A stretch of 64,000 nt of DNA from Candidatus Thalassarchaeaceae archaeon (GTDB lineage: Archaea; Thermoplasmatota; Poseidoniia; Poseidoniales; Thalassarchaeaceae), in the NCBI GenBank assembly GCA_023700245.1, contig JAJPRE010000003.1, forward strand, positions 6,463 through 70,462. Reading direction: 5' to 3'. The translations under genes and the position numbers were made by a program. Shown one piece after another: positions 39,404-48,115 of this stretch. How positions within the stretch are numbered: position 1 is the stretch's first letter; every line of letters begins with the position of its first letter. The notes beneath the pieces are model-generated. The model worked only from the letters and a program-made list of their open reading frames with translations, was not told where the DNA came from and ran no database searches.

Positions 39404-41284
39404 CTAGATTTCGCCTGTTTGAATGGACCACTGAGATGCATAAACATTATCGTTTGAGATCAAGACATTATGATTACCGCGTTCAACTATTACTCCATCT
39501 ACTAATGCAATAATTTCATCAGAATTTCTTATTGTTGCTAATCTATGCGCAATGGCAATAGTTATTCTTTTTTTATTCCCATTGGAATTACTAAAGAGTG
39601 ACTGCTGTATTCTCTTTTCTGTTTCTGCATCTAATGCTGCGCTTGCTTCATCCAATATTAGTAAATCTGGGTTATTTAATAGTGCACGCGCTAGGCTAAT
39701 TCTGGCCCTCTGTCCTCCAGAAAGCATTACTCCTCTATCTCCAACCATTGTATTTATTCCTTGAGGGAGTTGTGAGGTGAATTCCCACGCTCCTGCAGTT
39801 TTAAGCGCGATTTCTATTTCTTCGTCTGTCGATTGTCTGGCATATGCAATATTTTCACGTAAAGATCCAAAGAATAAAAAAGGCTCTTGCGATACAAATC
39901 CAATCCTCTTTCTTATGGATTTAATTGAATATTCATTAATATCTATTCCATTTATGAGAATTTTGCCTTGTTGTGGCTCATAAAATCTTTCAATTAATTT
40001 TAATATCGTACTTTTACCTGCTCCTGTATGCCCCATTACTCCTAAGAAATCGCCTGAAGATACATTGAATGATATTTCATTAAGTACATTATTCTCAGAA
40101 GTAGGATATGAAAATGTCACCCCTTCAAAAGAGATAGATTCTATCGCCCCTTGTAGTTCAATTGCACCTATTTTATCAAATATTGAAGGTTCTAAATCTA
40201 TTAATGCAAAAACTCGTTTGGATGCAGCTTCTCCTTTTTGTAATTGATTAATCAACATTCCTAAGATGAACATTGGCATTGTCATTCTAGTTGAAATAAG
40301 TAGAAATGTAACAAATTGACCAACTGTAATTTGACCATCAGCCATTACCCAACCTCCTGCCGATACCAATAAACCAAACGATAGGCCTGCAACAATGTAA
40401 ATTCCCGGTATGAATCTATTTCTGATAAATGCAGCATCTATTGATTGATCTCGATAATTTCCACTTTGAATTCCAATTCTTGAACTTTCAAACTTGGTTG
40501 CATTATATGCCTGAACTACTGTGATGCCTGATAATACATTTTCCAATATTGCTACTATTCCTCCAGTACTCTCTCTAGTTTTCCTATATTTTCTTTGCAC
40601 TCTCGTTGAAAACCACACGACCATTGGTATAATTAAGACCAAAGGAGTAAAAAGAATAAGTGCTAAAGTGGACGACATCCAGAACATTATTGCAAATGCA
40701 GTCGTAAAAGTAGTGATTATCCGAATTATGCTAGTACTCGCATCAGAAATAATATCTTCTAATTGTGCCACATCTGAAGAAAGGACTGACATGAGATTAC
40801 CTGTTTGTCGAGATTCAAAATAAGAAGCTTCCATCGCCATTAATGAATCCGTAGCATCCATTCTGATGTCATGCTGGGCCATATATGCCGTTGACTGCCA
40901 CAATTGATTGCTAAGCCCTTGAAATACTGCAAGAAAAGTAAATGACATTAAAATTAAGAAACCAAATCCAAATTCAATGGAACTAATTGGCCCTAAAGTA
41001 GGCAAGATTTCAGAAGTAACAATTCTTTCAACGATTCCATCAGTGAATGTTTTATCTCTGTAATAGTCAGCAGCCATTCCTATGGCAATAAATGGTATCA
41101 AATCAAAGGCTCTTGCTATCATATTGGAAAAAACTCCTCCCAGCGCCATTTTCCAGTATTTTTTGATATAGGGAGCAATTCTCCATATTTTCCTACCAAT
41201 GATTTGTTTTTCATCCAATGAATCTGAATTATCTTTACTAATATTCATAGAATCATCCTCCTGGCCATCATTACTCTCAGACAT
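39404..41284 (-). CDS. ABC exporter, fused permease/ATPase (MsbA/MdlB-like)
   Basis: A six-helix TMD is followed by an NBD with Walker A GHTGAGKST, the signature LSGGQRARISLARA and Walker B LLILDEASAALD. Confidence 0.9.
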   Translation of the reverse strand: MSESNDGQEDDSMNISKDNSDSLDEKQIIGRKIWRIAPYIKKYWKMALGGVFSNMIARAFDLIPFIAIGMAADYYRDKTFTDGIVERIVTSEILPTLGPISSIEFGFGFLILMSFTFLAVFQGLSNQLWQSTAYMAQHDIRMDATDSLMAMEASYFESRQTGNLMSVLSSDVAQLEDIISDASTSIIRIITTFTTAFAIMFWMSSTLALILFTPLVLIIPMVVWFSTRVQRKYRKTRESTGGIVAILENVLSGITVVQAYNATKFESSRIGIQSGNYRDQSIDAAFIRNRFIPGIYIVAGLSFGLLVSAGGWVMADGQITVGQFVTFLLISTRMTMPMFILGMLINQLQKGEAASKRVFALIDLEPSIFDKIGAIELQGAIESISFEGVTFSYPTSENNVLNEISFNVSSGDFLGVMGHTGAGKSTILKLIERFYEPQQGKILINGIDINEYSIKSIRKRIGFVSQEPFLFFGSLRENIAYARQSTDEEIEIALKTAGAWEFTSQLPQGINTMVGDRGVMLSGGQRARISLARALLNNPDLLILDEASAALDAETEKRIQQSLFSNSNGNKKRITIAIAHRLATIRNSDEIIALVDGVIVERGNHNVLISNDNVYASQWSIQTGEI

Positions 41285-41338
41285 ATCCTTACGGAAGAGA
41301 ATAAGCGTTTCAATGTGACAGTATTGAATTCACAAAAA

Positions 41339-41413
41339 TGGTGCGCCCGCTGGGATTTGAACCCAGGACATGAGGTTGGAAACCTCAGGTGATAACCCCT
41401 TCACCACAGGCGC
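41339..41413 (-). tRNA. tRNA-Gly (TCC), CCA encoded
   Basis: The reverse complement folds as follows: acceptor GCGCCTG/CGGGCGC, D arm GTGA/TCAC, anticodon stem TGAGG/CCTCA with loop TTTCCAA, and T arm CTGGG-TTCAAAT-CCCAG. Confidence 0.95.
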
Positions 41414-41678
41414 TTATCTAGTCCGAGACTGATATCTTTCAAAACCAATTCGGTCACAATTATTCAAATGTGACAGGTGTGTCCCCTAGTATATGATATT
41501 GAGGCAAAGGGCCGGAATCTTCCTTATGATTTTCTTCTTGCCAATTAATGGCCCACTGTTAAGAATGATTTTAAAATCTTTAGATGTGTCCCTTCCGATT
41601 GGAGAATTTTATTTTTTTGGAATATGTATACTAATGTTTGTTATAGGTGGATTTATGACATTCACTCCAAAACTAAGA

Positions 41679-42566
41679 TTACGGATATAATTCACTTGGC
41701 CATTTTGAATGAATGTTTAGCATGAGTTCGATAATTTTATTATCAGAATAATCTGATCTCCACAATGTTTGAGAAAGTTCTTGTGTCCTTTTAGGTACAG
41801 TTTTAGGGCCAAGAACAGCACCAGGCCTATTTAAATCGTCTAAATAATCAGTTTCCATCCCCCAATATGATTCTGATTCAGGAAGCGTTTCTATTATTTC
41901 CTTAATGCAACCTTTCCCTACATTTATTGTCGAACTTATTCCTTGGGTGAAATCTGAACTAATGTCGGATGGTGCAAAATGCCTAATCGTTCTCTTTTTG
42001 GGTAGTTTCGAAATTTTACACATTCCGGATATATCTGAATATGTCTTGGAACCATTATCTTCGACATGTAATTGAATGCTAACCTTATTTTTAGCAGCCT
42101 TTTCCATAATTTGTAGTAATAATTCATTTGCAAATTCCCATACCTTATGATTCACAGGATAATGCGGCCTCCCAACTTCTCCTAGGCAAACAGCATTTTT
42201 TTCTTTAATATGTTCCAATGCTAAGTCAACGGCTTGAATATGTAATTCTGTAGCCCTGTCTATGCCAAGGGGAATAATTTGTTTTTCCCATGCTACTGGA
42301 TGAGGTCCGAGAATAACATTCACACTAATTTCATATTTTTCTCTAATTTCATTTGCCATTTCTAAAGTTTCATTATATGCCATTTGATAATCATTCAACG
42401 ATTTAGGAAGATTATTAAAATTAGGCTTATGTACTAAATTGATGGCCGTTCCGCCAGCTATAAAAAAATCATCCACCGCTCCCAAAAAAAGATTATTCTT
42501 ATCTAAATGTATGTGTTGATCCATTATCGGGCCAGTCCAAAAACCATCTTCTAACATATCTATCAC
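41679..42566 (-). CDS. TatD-family metal-dependent hydrolase
   Basis: The N-terminal metal motif is DQHIHLD, with later His/Asp ligands (LHVED, RHFAPSD). Size and layout fit the archaeal TatD-related (COG1099-like) family. Confidence 0.7.
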   Translation of the reverse strand: MIDMLEDGFWTGPIMDQHIHLDKNNLFLGAVDDFFIAGGTAINLVHKPNFNNLPKSLNDYQMAYNETLEMANEIREKYEISVNVILGPHPVAWEKQIIPLGIDRATELHIQAVDLALEHIKEKNAVCLGEVGRPHYPVNHKVWEFANELLLQIMEKAAKNKVSIQLHVEDNGSKTYSDISGMCKISKLPKKRTIRHFAPSDISSDFTQGISSTINVGKGCIKEIIETLPESESYWGMETDYLDDLNRPGAVLGPKTVPKRTQELSQTLWRSDYSDNKIIELMLNIHSKWPSELYP

Positions 42567-43000
42567 GCTAATGCGCCTTCATTCTCAAGTTGTTCCGACC
42601 AATACATTGTAGCTAATTTCGCTACTTTTTTTGAAGACTGCCCTAGGACAACTCCTTTACCATTATTGAATAAAATTATTCTGCAATTATGCCTCTTTGC
42701 ATCTATCCTCAGAGCTCCAATTTCCTCATCTAATATTATGTCAGTAAATCGATCTTCGGCTAACTCAAGTAAAACCGATTTACCAAGTGAAAATTGAACT
42801 AAAATTTCCCCTCTATCTAATTTTAAACCATCTTCGGGCATTCCTATGCTTAGTAAGAAATTTTGAACTATCAATTTAGCAACTTCATGCCTAGAAATAT
42901 TATGTACAATAATTGAACCATACTTATCAATCACTAAAGTAGATTTAGGACTTTCATTAGATACTATTACATAATCTCCATTTGGTGTTCCATTTCTCAA
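42563..43000 (-). CDS. Hypothetical small protein with a TBP-fold-like repeat pattern
   Basis: 145 aa with a 4-nt overlap with the tatD-like gene. Two segments (LVIDKYGSIIVHNISRHEVAKLIV and RIILFNNGKGVVLGQSSKKVAKLA) resemble the LIFsSGKiVcTGAKSeEda pattern of TBP-like folds. This is pattern-level only. Confidence 0.4.
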   Translation of the reverse strand: MRNGTPNGDYVIVSNESPKSTLVIDKYGSIIVHNISRHEVAKLIVQNFLLSIGMPEDGLKLDRGEILVQFSLGKSVLLELAEDRFTDIILDEEIGALRIDAKRHNCRIILFNNGKGVVLGQSSKKVAKLATMYWSEQLENEGALA

Positions 43001-43094
43001 ACTTATTACATCTTCATGTTTTATTGGTATTTGAGGTGTAAATTTGAAAGTTTGAGTTTCTATGTTGAATGATTTATCATTTAATTTAATTTAA

Positions 43095-43883
43095 TCAACT
43101 CCTTCCTATCTTTTCTATATTTATACAATTATTAATTGCTTCAGATATCTTTCCAATATGTGCCTGATGGACTGGTACAAGTAGTATTGGATGGAGGGCA
43201 TTGCTTTCATCAACTCTCCTATCTCTTAAATCAGCCAAAGCCCCCCGTATTCTAGAGGCAAATCTCTCATCCCGTACCTTAATTAATTCATCTGTCAATC
43301 CCCTATTGTCTTCTATCCACCATGATGCGCATGCAGCCGACGCTGCCCCTAAATCGGAGTTAATATGTTTTGAATTTTCTATCTTTTTAGAAGCAATAAT
43401 TTTATTTTTCCTATATCTATTTGATTTTGTTAATGTCCCTAAGAGATGGACTAGTTTTACTTGATTATCTGCGCAATTAATATACCACTCTTCCCATCTA
43501 TTATCATCTATGGAGGGAATTATTGAGTATATTGGCTTATTTCCTGTGTTTTCTGCATGATGTATTAATCGTGTAGGTTCTGGATCTGGAATTTTTGGTC
43601 CATCTACGTCCAAGACTTGAATATCTTTCAATAACATCCCCATCCCTGATCCCGATGCCAATACAGCTTGAACATTAACTCCTGGATTTTGAATTTCTAA
43701 TTCATCTTCTATTTTTAAAATTGCAATATCTTCAGATGAATAAAGTAATGCCAAACCATCCCAGTTTCTTACTCTCATGCTACTTGGCATCATAATACAT
43801 GGTAAATGTGGCCATAATATTATTTTTCCACCCATCGGATCTTGGTAAATAACTTCGTTCCAATGCAGATTTGTTAATTCCAT
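43095..43883 (-). CDS. Hypothetical protein with a TraB/GumN-like C-terminus
   Basis: The C-terminal DERFASRIRGALADL...ILLVPVHQAHIGKI resembles the ERD.yMa..L...vvaVvGagH..GI motif of the TraB/PrgY family. The match is weak. Confidence 0.4.
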   Translation of the reverse strand: MELTNLHWNEVIYQDPMGGKIILWPHLPCIMMPSSMRVRNWDGLALLYSSEDIAILKIEDELEIQNPGVNVQAVLASGSGMGMLLKDIQVLDVDGPKIPDPEPTRLIHHAENTGNKPIYSIIPSIDDNRWEEWYINCADNQVKLVHLLGTLTKSNRYRKNKIIASKKIENSKHINSDLGAASAACASWWIEDNRGLTDELIKVRDERFASRIRGALADLRDRRVDESNALHPILLVPVHQAHIGKISEAINNCINIEKIGRS

Positions 43884-43948
43884 GACCGTCCGAGGGGCTA
43901 TCCCGATTCAAATAAACTCATAAAATATATGTTTTTGATATATATTCG

Positions 43949-44443
43949 GTGAAGTATTCAAGGAGTATGCCCTCTCATGTCTACCTGATAAACATGGAAA
44001 AACCCTACTCACTTGAACCCGTTATTTTGATGAATGAGGTATTTCCTGGCCATACTAATGCTCTAAATACCCTTTTTGGAGGGCATCTTATGAGTATAAT
44101 GGATACAAGTGCAGGAATGGCTGCATCTAAGTTTGCTCATAGGGAGTTCGTAACGGTATCTGTGGATGCATTAAAATTTCGAAAACCAGCGTATCAAGGA
44201 GATTTGATAAGAACAACTGCAAAAGTAGTTTGGACATCTCCTCGTACTGCAGGGTTACATGTAACATCTTGTCGAATGTCTCGTTCCGAATGGGAGGGTG
44301 AAGAAATATGTTCAGGTTTCTTTTTCATGGTTGCAATAGATGATTCTATGAATCCAATATCAATACCTCAATTTACTCCTAATACGGAAGAAGAGAAATT
44401 ATTTTGGAACTTAGCAAAAACTGCCAGAGATGCAATGAAATAA
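43949..44443 (+). CDS. Acyl-CoA thioesterase (hotdog fold)
   Basis: VFPGHTNALNTLFGGHLMSIMDTSAGMAA and VSVDALKFRKPAYQGDL are typical of the acyl-CoA hydrolase family. The start codon is uncertain (GTG at 43949, or a later ATG). Confidence 0.8.
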   Translation: MKYSRSMPSHVYLINMEKPYSLEPVILMNEVFPGHTNALNTLFGGHLMSIMDTSAGMAASKFAHREFVTVSVDALKFRKPAYQGDLIRTTAKVVWTSPRTAGLHVTSCRMSRSEWEGEEICSGFFFMVAIDDSMNPISIPQFTPNTEEEKLFWNLAKTARDAMK

Positions 44444-44490
44444 TGTTTAATGACCACGTACTTCAACAGTAGTATTATTCTAGCACTGTT

Positions 44491-45474
44491 ATGCCTGTAA
44501 TCAATGTAGCTTTAATTAGCTCAGAAAAGTTTGCTAGAAGCATTGCAAAACGTGGCGATGTAAGGGATATAGAATCTTATGTATTTAAGGAAGGTTCAGG
44601 TGAAAAATCTCGAATAATTTCATTTCTAAGGCCCTTAAAACATCCTGAAAGTATTAGGCCGCTTTTATCTGTACTGAATGTCGCCAAAGCAGGCATTATC
44701 GAGATATCAAAGATAGATGCCGCATTGGGAGAAATACTTGTCTCGTTTTCGTGTGCGGGAATTCAAAATGGAATGGTTATAATAAATCCTGAAGAAGGTA
44801 CATGGATAGATGAGGAGCAAATCTCTGTATTATTGTCTCAAGCCGGGTTATCTTGGCAAATTTATAACTCCGTGCCTGAGCCAAACATAGTACGCTCAAA
44901 CATATTTGATATGTTTAATGAAAGAGAAATATTGGATGAACAACTAATACTCCCCATAGATCAACATTTTGTTGTACAAGGAATAGGACTTGTGGGAATT
45001 GGTTATGTGCAGTCCGGTGTTGTAAAGAAACATGATTCTATTGAAGCATTACCATTGTCGGAAAAAGGAATTGTTAGGAGTTTACAAGTAATGGATGACG
45101 ATGTTAATAATGCCTTTTCTGGAGATAGAGTAGGCCTAGCAATTAGGAATATAAGGGAAGAAGCTTTGGAAAAAGGATGTATAATTGTTCATTCAGATTC
45201 AAAGGTATTGGAATCCCATTCTGTATCTAAATTTGAACTAATTAATGCGCCATTTCAGAAAAAAGAATTAAAAAAAGATGATATTGTTCATGTTTCAACA
45301 GATTTACAATTTGTCGTAGGTAGAATAACAGAAATATTAGATAATATTTTACAGGTCAAATGGGATAATCCATTGTATGTAAGGGTCAATCAAGATAATA
45401 AAATTGTCATAGTTCAGTTGGATGCAACTCCAATGAGAATTATTGGAACAGCAAATAATTTAATTTCGGTATGA
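44491..45474 (+). CDS. EF-Tu/SelB-like protein with a degenerate G domain (retains the EF-Tu domain-2 beta-barrel)
   Basis: The central VVQGIGLVGIGYVQSGVVKKHDSIEALPL...SLQVMDDDVNNAFSGDRVGLAIRNI is a classic translation-GTPase domain II. The N-terminal ~150 aa lack GxxxxGK[ST] and NKxD. Confidence 0.55.
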   Translation: MPVINVALISSEKFARSIAKRGDVRDIESYVFKEGSGEKSRIISFLRPLKHPESIRPLLSVLNVAKAGIIEISKIDAALGEILVSFSCAGIQNGMVIINPEEGTWIDEEQISVLLSQAGLSWQIYNSVPEPNIVRSNIFDMFNEREILDEQLILPIDQHFVVQGIGLVGIGYVQSGVVKKHDSIEALPLSEKGIVRSLQVMDDDVNNAFSGDRVGLAIRNIREEALEKGCIIVHSDSKVLESHSVSKFELINAPFQKKELKKDDIVHVSTDLQFVVGRITEILDNILQVKWDNPLYVRVNQDNKIVIVQLDATPMRIIGTANNLISV

Positions 45475-45538
45475 TGAATGATTAATGACAAAACAGATAT
45501 TTTATTATTAATTTTCCCATTGATTTATACCTGATGAG

Positions 45539-47155
45539 TTGCCCTGCAATAATTGGATGTATTCAGCTGGGCTTAAAGGCCCGACTGGAGGGGGGAAAAC
45601 CGATTTAATCGGGAACCTTTCTCTTGTCGGAGTAAAAGGTAACTTTTGTGCAGTACTTTCCGAACGGCAGTTAACGCTTGAAAGAATAGATGGTAAAGGC
45701 CTACGTATAAATTTGGGAAGCATCAATCGAACTCGTGCTTTAAAAATTTCATACCTCCCTAATGGGTTAGTTCCATTAGGGTTGATAGCCGTTGGACTTG
45801 GAATTACGGCCATGACTTTACCATATGGCTTAATTCCTATAATTTCAGGAATATTTGCGATATTTTTTCATGTTTATTCTAGGTATTCAATCCTAGCAAT
45901 AGAAACATTCTCTGGCGACCGTCACCTCATTTCAGGTAGCGAAGGGACATTATTGAGGCTTACAATAATGATATCTAGATTGGGGCAAGGAAATGATATT
46001 GAGCAGGCTAGAATAGGACTTGAAAATTTAGATAATGAGGTTCCTTCGTATCCTGCTTTTACTCACGCTGGTGGTTCTATGATAAAATCTAGTAAAGGCC
46101 TAATTTCTCAAAATAATTTAGAAGAAGAAATAATTCAATCAAATGATATGATGAATATTTTTCCCGCAGTTAATGGCATAGATGATAATCAGTTTGAAAA
46201 TAATAATGTAAATTTTGAAGATGACTCTAAATCTGCATATGAAGGTGCATGGGGTGGACGATCTCCTCCTTCATGGTACATTGAAAAAGAATCTAAAAAT
46301 GATGACATATCAAGAATAGATTCAGTACTATCTGAGGCAGCCGACCAATTAGATATGTTCGGAGGGAATACAGATATGTTCGGACAAGGTGGATTGTTTG
46401 ACTCAAATCCTGATGATAGTCAACAAGTTACTACACAAAATGAAATTGAAGATAGACTTAATTATTTACAAAATGACTCCAATTCTTCAATTTCTAGCGC
46501 ACAAATGATCAAGAAAGCATACGATGCTCATGGCGTTCCTGATGATATGTATGAGCAGAAATTTGTACTTCCAGGTCCCACCGAGATTGCTGTAAGGGAT
46601 GAATGCAAGTCAGGAATAGTAAACCAAACAAAAGCTATCCAAGAAAATAATAGTAGGAGAAATGAACTGAATTATACTCCCAAGACTTCAAATTTAGCAG
46701 AATTTCCTGCTCTAAAAAATTTAGCATACAATAGGGGCGAATCAAGAATTAATTTCAAAGGAAAAAATTATGAAAATAAAAATATCGGCTGGTTAGATAA
46801 ATTACTAAGGCCTGCTTCCTCAAGAGCCCAATTAAATCGTAATAATGCTCCTGCAATTGGATCAACTTTATTAAATAAAAACATTAAGTTTCAGACATCA
46901 CAACATCTCAGATTAAGATCAGACCAAGAGCACCAATCAGATGTGGGAGTAAGAATTAGAAAATCTCAACGTATTAATTCTAATAATTCTTCACAAAATG
47001 CAATAAATAAAATATTATTAAAAATTTCTGATAAAAGTCATCCGGAAGAAAATGCCCAATCTTTTGTAAATAATCATTTAAAATTTAATCAATTAAGATC
47101 TACAAATTCACAATCTAATAATAATTTGTTACCAGGGATAAAGAAGTTATTGTAA
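45539..47155 (+). CDS. Hypothetical membrane-associated protein with a long N/Q/S-rich low-complexity C-terminal region
   Basis: 538 aa. The N-terminal region has two hydrophobic helices (LVPLGLIAVGLGITAM, LIPIISGIFAIFFHV) flanked by beta-rich segments. The remainder is polar low-complexity sequence. Confidence 0.55.
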   Translation: MPCNNWMYSAGLKGPTGGGKTDLIGNLSLVGVKGNFCAVLSERQLTLERIDGKGLRINLGSINRTRALKISYLPNGLVPLGLIAVGLGITAMTLPYGLIPIISGIFAIFFHVYSRYSILAIETFSGDRHLISGSEGTLLRLTIMISRLGQGNDIEQARIGLENLDNEVPSYPAFTHAGGSMIKSSKGLISQNNLEEEIIQSNDMMNIFPAVNGIDDNQFENNNVNFEDDSKSAYEGAWGGRSPPSWYIEKESKNDDISRIDSVLSEAADQLDMFGGNTDMFGQGGLFDSNPDDSQQVTTQNEIEDRLNYLQNDSNSSISSAQMIKKAYDAHGVPDDMYEQKFVLPGPTEIAVRDECKSGIVNQTKAIQENNSRRNELNYTPKTSNLAEFPALKNLAYNRGESRINFKGKNYENKNIGWLDKLLRPASSRAQLNRNNAPAIGSTLLNKNIKFQTSQHLRLRSDQEHQSDVGVRIRKSQRINSNNSSQNAINKILLKISDKSHPEENAQSFVNNHLKFNQLRSTNSQSNNNLLPGIKKLL

Positions 47156-48115
47156 TCCTACAATTCTTCTATATTCGTCCACTCTTGCATGATATTTACC
47201 TCTTTCAAGACTTATTAAATTAGATGAACCAAGCCCTCCTATGGTGAAGGATGCAGTGACAGTGGCATGTGCCAATGCATTCCTCAAAATCTCCCTGTCT
47301 TCCATTATTCCACTAGTTCCAATTATATTGGCTAAGAATGCACCTGCAAAAGAATCTCCACAACCCGTGGGATCAATTATTTTAGTTGTTGGATATGATG
47401 GCAATGCTATAATTCCACATGGCATATAAGCTAATACTCCAGCACTTCCTCTTTTTATTATTAGCCCTCTTGGACCTCTACCGGCGATCTCTCCTCCATG
47501 CAATGATTCGCCAGACATTATTTTTCTCGCCGCCTTTGTTATGGTGTCCTCTTTTGCAATTTTACATGCCTCCTCTTCATTAATAATTGCAATATCTACC
47601 TTTCTTAATGCAAGAGACAATGTTTCAAATTCTGTTTCTATCCACATCATGAAAGTATCCATTACTGAAATCTTTGCACCATTACATTGCTCTAGTACTG
47701 ATACCTGTGATGATGGATGCATATTTGCACAAAATATGATTTCAGGAATGATCCATGATTCTGGAACATTTGGTAAATAATTTGCTAATACATTAACTTC
47801 AGTTGAAATAGTCTCTGCATCATTCATTGCTCCTTCATATTTCCCCGACCACCTAAATGTCTTACCTTCCAATTCTACAATTCCAGTTATATCTAAGCCT
47901 TTATGCTCCATCATTTCTAAATCATAATCTTGAAAATCATCTCCAATTGGTCCCATTATTCCTACTCTTGAAGGTAATCCAGGAAGCTTAGCTAGATGAA
48001 ACGCTGCAGAGATACTTGAATGGACTGCTGAACCTCCAATTATATCAGAACCACTAGCTTCAGGAGTTTCTAAATCATCATAACCAATACTTCCAACGAT
48101 TATAAGTTCCATCAA
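47147..48115 (-). CDS. PfkB-family carbohydrate/nucleoside kinase
   Basis: The N-terminus is GSIGYDDL....G...GGSAVH and the C-terminal motif is DPTGCGDSFAGAF. It has a 4-nt overlap with accC. Confidence 0.82.
   Translation of the reverse strand: MMELIIVGSIGYDDLETPEASGSDIIGGSAVHSSISAAFHLAKLPGLPSRVGIMGPIGDDFQDYDLEMMEHKGLDITGIVELEGKTFRWSGKYEGAMNDAETISTEVNVLANYLPNVPESWIIPEIIFCANMHPSSQVSVLEQCNGAKISVMDTFMMWIETEFETLSLALRKVDIAIINEEEACKIAKEDTITKAARKIMSGESLHGGEIAGRGPRGLIIKRGSAGVLAYMPCGIIALPSYPTTKIIDPTGCGDSFAGAFLANIIGTSGIMEDREILRNALAHATVTASFTIGGLGSSNLISLERGKYHARVDEYRRIVGLQ

Noticed and set aside
41414-41690. A 265-bp gap next to tRNA-Gly containing a 65-aa hydrophobic ORF (41493..41690) and a GTCACA-N10-TGTGAC hairpin (41454-41474).
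   Set aside because: The small ORF has no motif or convincing ribosome-binding context and overlaps the 3' end of the tatD-like gene. The hairpin is short. This could be a tRNA promoter or terminator region, and the evidence is too weak to call a gene or an integration scar.
45508-45813. A 101-aa minus-strand ORF at the start of the 538-aa gene.
   Set aside because: It overlaps the longer plus-strand ORF. It has a Pro/Ser/Arg-rich composition with no motif, and no room for its own promoter. I kept the long ORF instead.
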